From an uncultured Gemmatimonadaceae bacterium (GTDB lineage: Bacteria > Gemmatimonadota > Gemmatimonadetes > Gemmatimonadales > Gemmatimonadaceae): a stretch of DNA of 64,000 bases. The DNA is taken from positions 1-64,000 of the forward strand of contig CAWFQK010000009.1 of assembly GCA_963817955.1 (NCBI GenBank). The letters run 5' to 3'. Every line of letters begins with the position of its first letter. Position 1 is the stretch's first letter. A program made the position numbers and the translations under genes. The notes beneath the pieces were generated by a model, which was given only the letters and a program-made list of their open reading frames with translations, did not search any database and was not told where the DNA came from. This document shows, piece by piece, positions 62,075 to 64,000 of the stretch.

Positions 62075-63301
62075 TCAGCGCACGCTGACTTTCAACACCA
62101 CCGCGGCGGCGCTGTCGCCCGCGGCACAGCCAGTGAACAGTCCATAGCCGCCGCCTGCGATCGCGAGATCCTCGATGAGCTCGATGATCGACCGGAGCCC
62201 GGTCGGTGCCTGCGGGTGTCCCCACACGAGCGAACAGCCGTGGCGGTTCATCTTCTCGGGATCGAGCGACAGCTCGCGCGAGAGGTAGACGTCGTTCACG
62301 GCGAACGGGTTGTGCGACGTCGATGCTCGCGAGCTGGTCCGCGCCGATGCCCGGCGCGTTCCAGTGCCATGCGCGGCGGCCGGCACGACGGCCATCGGCA
62401 TGAAGCCCTTCTTCACACGCGCTTGTCCGTACGAGAGCAGCTGCACGTCGATCGTTCGCCATTGCGTCGCCATGCTGCGCGCGCGCGGTCGCGATCGCCA
62501 ATGAGCACCATTGCCGCGCTCCCGTCGGCGGGATGCGTCTGCGTGCCGAAGGTGACCGTTCCGCCCTCGAGCACTGGCCGGAGACCGGCCAGTCCTGCCG
62601 CAGTTCGTTGCATGCACGCCCTCGTCGCCCGTGACGGTGGCCATGCACCTGCTTACCGCGGCGTCCTTCACCTCGAGCGGACCACGGCATATAGCGCCGC
62701 AGGAAGGCGGCGTCGTCGGCCAGCGCGCGCGCGTACTGCGCATAGCGCAGGAGCGTGATCTCCTCCTGCGCCTCGCGCGATCGATGCCCACTTCGCGCGC
62801 CACGTTCTCGGCGGTCTGCATCATCGAGTTCTTGGCGTACGGATCGTGACCGAAGCTGTCGAGCACGAGGTTCTCAGAGTCTCCCGTGCCGCCGGGGCCG
62901 GCCGGGTTGGGATAGAACACGTGCGGACCGTTGCTCGTGCGGTCGGCCGTCGCGGCGAGATAAGACGCTCGCCCCTCCAGCGTGAAGTTCCTCGGCGCCC
63001 TCGACCAGACAGCGCACCGACGTGGCGCATGCCTGATTGACCGTCGGGCCGCTCGCGTGGCAGAGGCCGGCGAGACCGGCGAACCACGGGGCGCCGTAGA
63101 AGGAGTCCTTGCTGGCACCGTCATGCCGAGGCACATGCCATCGACATCGCTCGGCGCGATGCCGCGCTCAGCGAGCGCGCGTGCTGTCACCTCGGCCGCG
63201 AACGGAATGGGCTGGAGGGTGGCAAAGCTGCCTTGCCACGCACAGAAGGGTGACGACCAATAGGCGCCATAGGGAATCCAGACATCGTGGAATTGTGTCA
63301 T
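62075..63301 (-). CDS. Thiolase, frameshifted
   Basis: [40 protein letters not shown]. Confidence 0.9.
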   Translation of the reverse strand: MTQFHDVWIPYGAYWSSPFCAWQGSFATLQPIPFAAEVTARALAERGIAPSDVDGMCLGMTVPARTPSTAPRGSPVSPASATRAARRSIRHAPRRCAVWSRAPRNFTLEGRASYLAATADRTSNGPHVFYPNPAGPGGTGDSENLVLDSFGHDPYAKNSMMQTAENVAREVGIDRARRRRRSRSCAMRSTRARWPTTPPSCGAICRGPLEVKDAAVSRCMATVTGDEGVHATNCGRTGRSPASARGRNGHLRHADASRRRERGNGAHWRSRPRARSMATQWRTIDVQLLSYGQARVKKGFMPMAVVPAAAHGTGTRRASARTSSRASTSHNPFAVNDVYLSRELSLDPEKMNRHGCSLVWGHPQAPTGLRSIIELIEDLAIAGGGYGLFTGCAAGDSAAAVVLKVSVR

Positions 63302-64000
63302 ATGTTCTCCGTCGCGACTGGCCGCAGCCGTCGAGGTTCACTGCGCGGTAGGCGTGGTGTTTTTCGTGGTGTGCTGCTTTGCACCCGGGGCTTCGGCGGC
63401 GGCGGACGCCGTTCAGCACGAGGTCGCAGCATCTCATTCCCGATCTGCTCCACTGTCCCATGCCGCGATGGAGTCGTACCACATGAAAATCCAGTTGAGC
63501 ATGCCGAAGACGAACAGCGCGCGTGGCGGCTCTTCCGCGACTCCTGCCGTTCGCGTGGCCGCTTCGCCCATCAACGTCGGCCCGAGCACGCGCGTCATCA
63601 ACCGGTAGTAGCGCCGGCGAATCGCCTCGACGGTCGCGTAGGGCTTGCTCGTGAGCGACTCGAGCTCGAACGTGCACGACCTTCAGCTCGTTCGGGTGCT
63701 TCGCGAATAGAACTGCCAGGTGTCCCGTGACCAACCGCGCGAGCCGCTCCTCCGGCGTACCCGGCTTGTGCGGCGACCTCCTGCTGCGCGGCGAGCAGCG
63801 ACTCGAAGGTGCGATACTGGAACTGGAAGAGCAGGTCTTCCTTGCTCGCGAAGTAGTGATAGATGCCGGCGAGGCTCGACGTCGATCGCCTTGCTCAGGT
63901 CGCGCATCGACGTGGCCTCGAATCCCTTTTCGGCGATGAGAGCGCGGCCGCCGTCAGCAGCGCGTCGAGCTTCTGCTGGGTGGCCGGACGCGGGCCGCGC
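63298..64000 (-). CDS. TetR-family regulator (partial, frameshifted)
   Basis: SMRDLS..IYHYFASKEDLLF and LFVFGMLNWIFMWY read across frames. The 5' end is at or beyond the window edge, and the 3' end is approximate. Confidence 0.75.

Overview
High-GC bacterial DNA that looks like Gemmatimonadota, inferred from lineage-typical small proteins, carboxypeptidase-regulatory-domain proteins and an ADOP-type permease. No rRNA, tRNA or CRISPR array was seen. (1) 1-14 kb is a decaying accessory region with four toxin-antitoxin modules (PrlF/YhaV, orphan VapC, HipA/XRE, AbiEi/AbiEii), many truncated gene fragments, a HiPIP and a permease. (2) 14-41 kb holds TPR and secreted proteins, MarR, ClC-TPR, an mntH-usp-mntR operon with a clear operator, nadE, a PaoABC-like molybdoenzyme, trpS preceded by a Trp-Trp-Trp leader peptide/attenuator that is absent from the ORF track, an IS701-like remnant, REP- and heptamer-based dispersed repeats, and a SNF2-SWIM pair. 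(3) 41-50.6 kb holds a Rid-DUF1549/1553-DUF1501-PPC operon and a Rieske-(Ig)4-Rieske Tat lipoprotein paired with a four-His membrane protein. (4) 50.7-64 kb is a minus-strand operon resembling anaerobic benzoyl-CoA dearomatisation: TetR, thiolase, Oah-like, SDR, Dch-like, a ketopantoate-reductase/HAD-subunit fusion, two activases, a HAD subunit, CoA ligase, Had and hemerythrin. Indels are dense at both window ends (about <2.3 kb and >57.9 kb) and are probably sequencing errors. All family calls come from motif recognition, not database searches.
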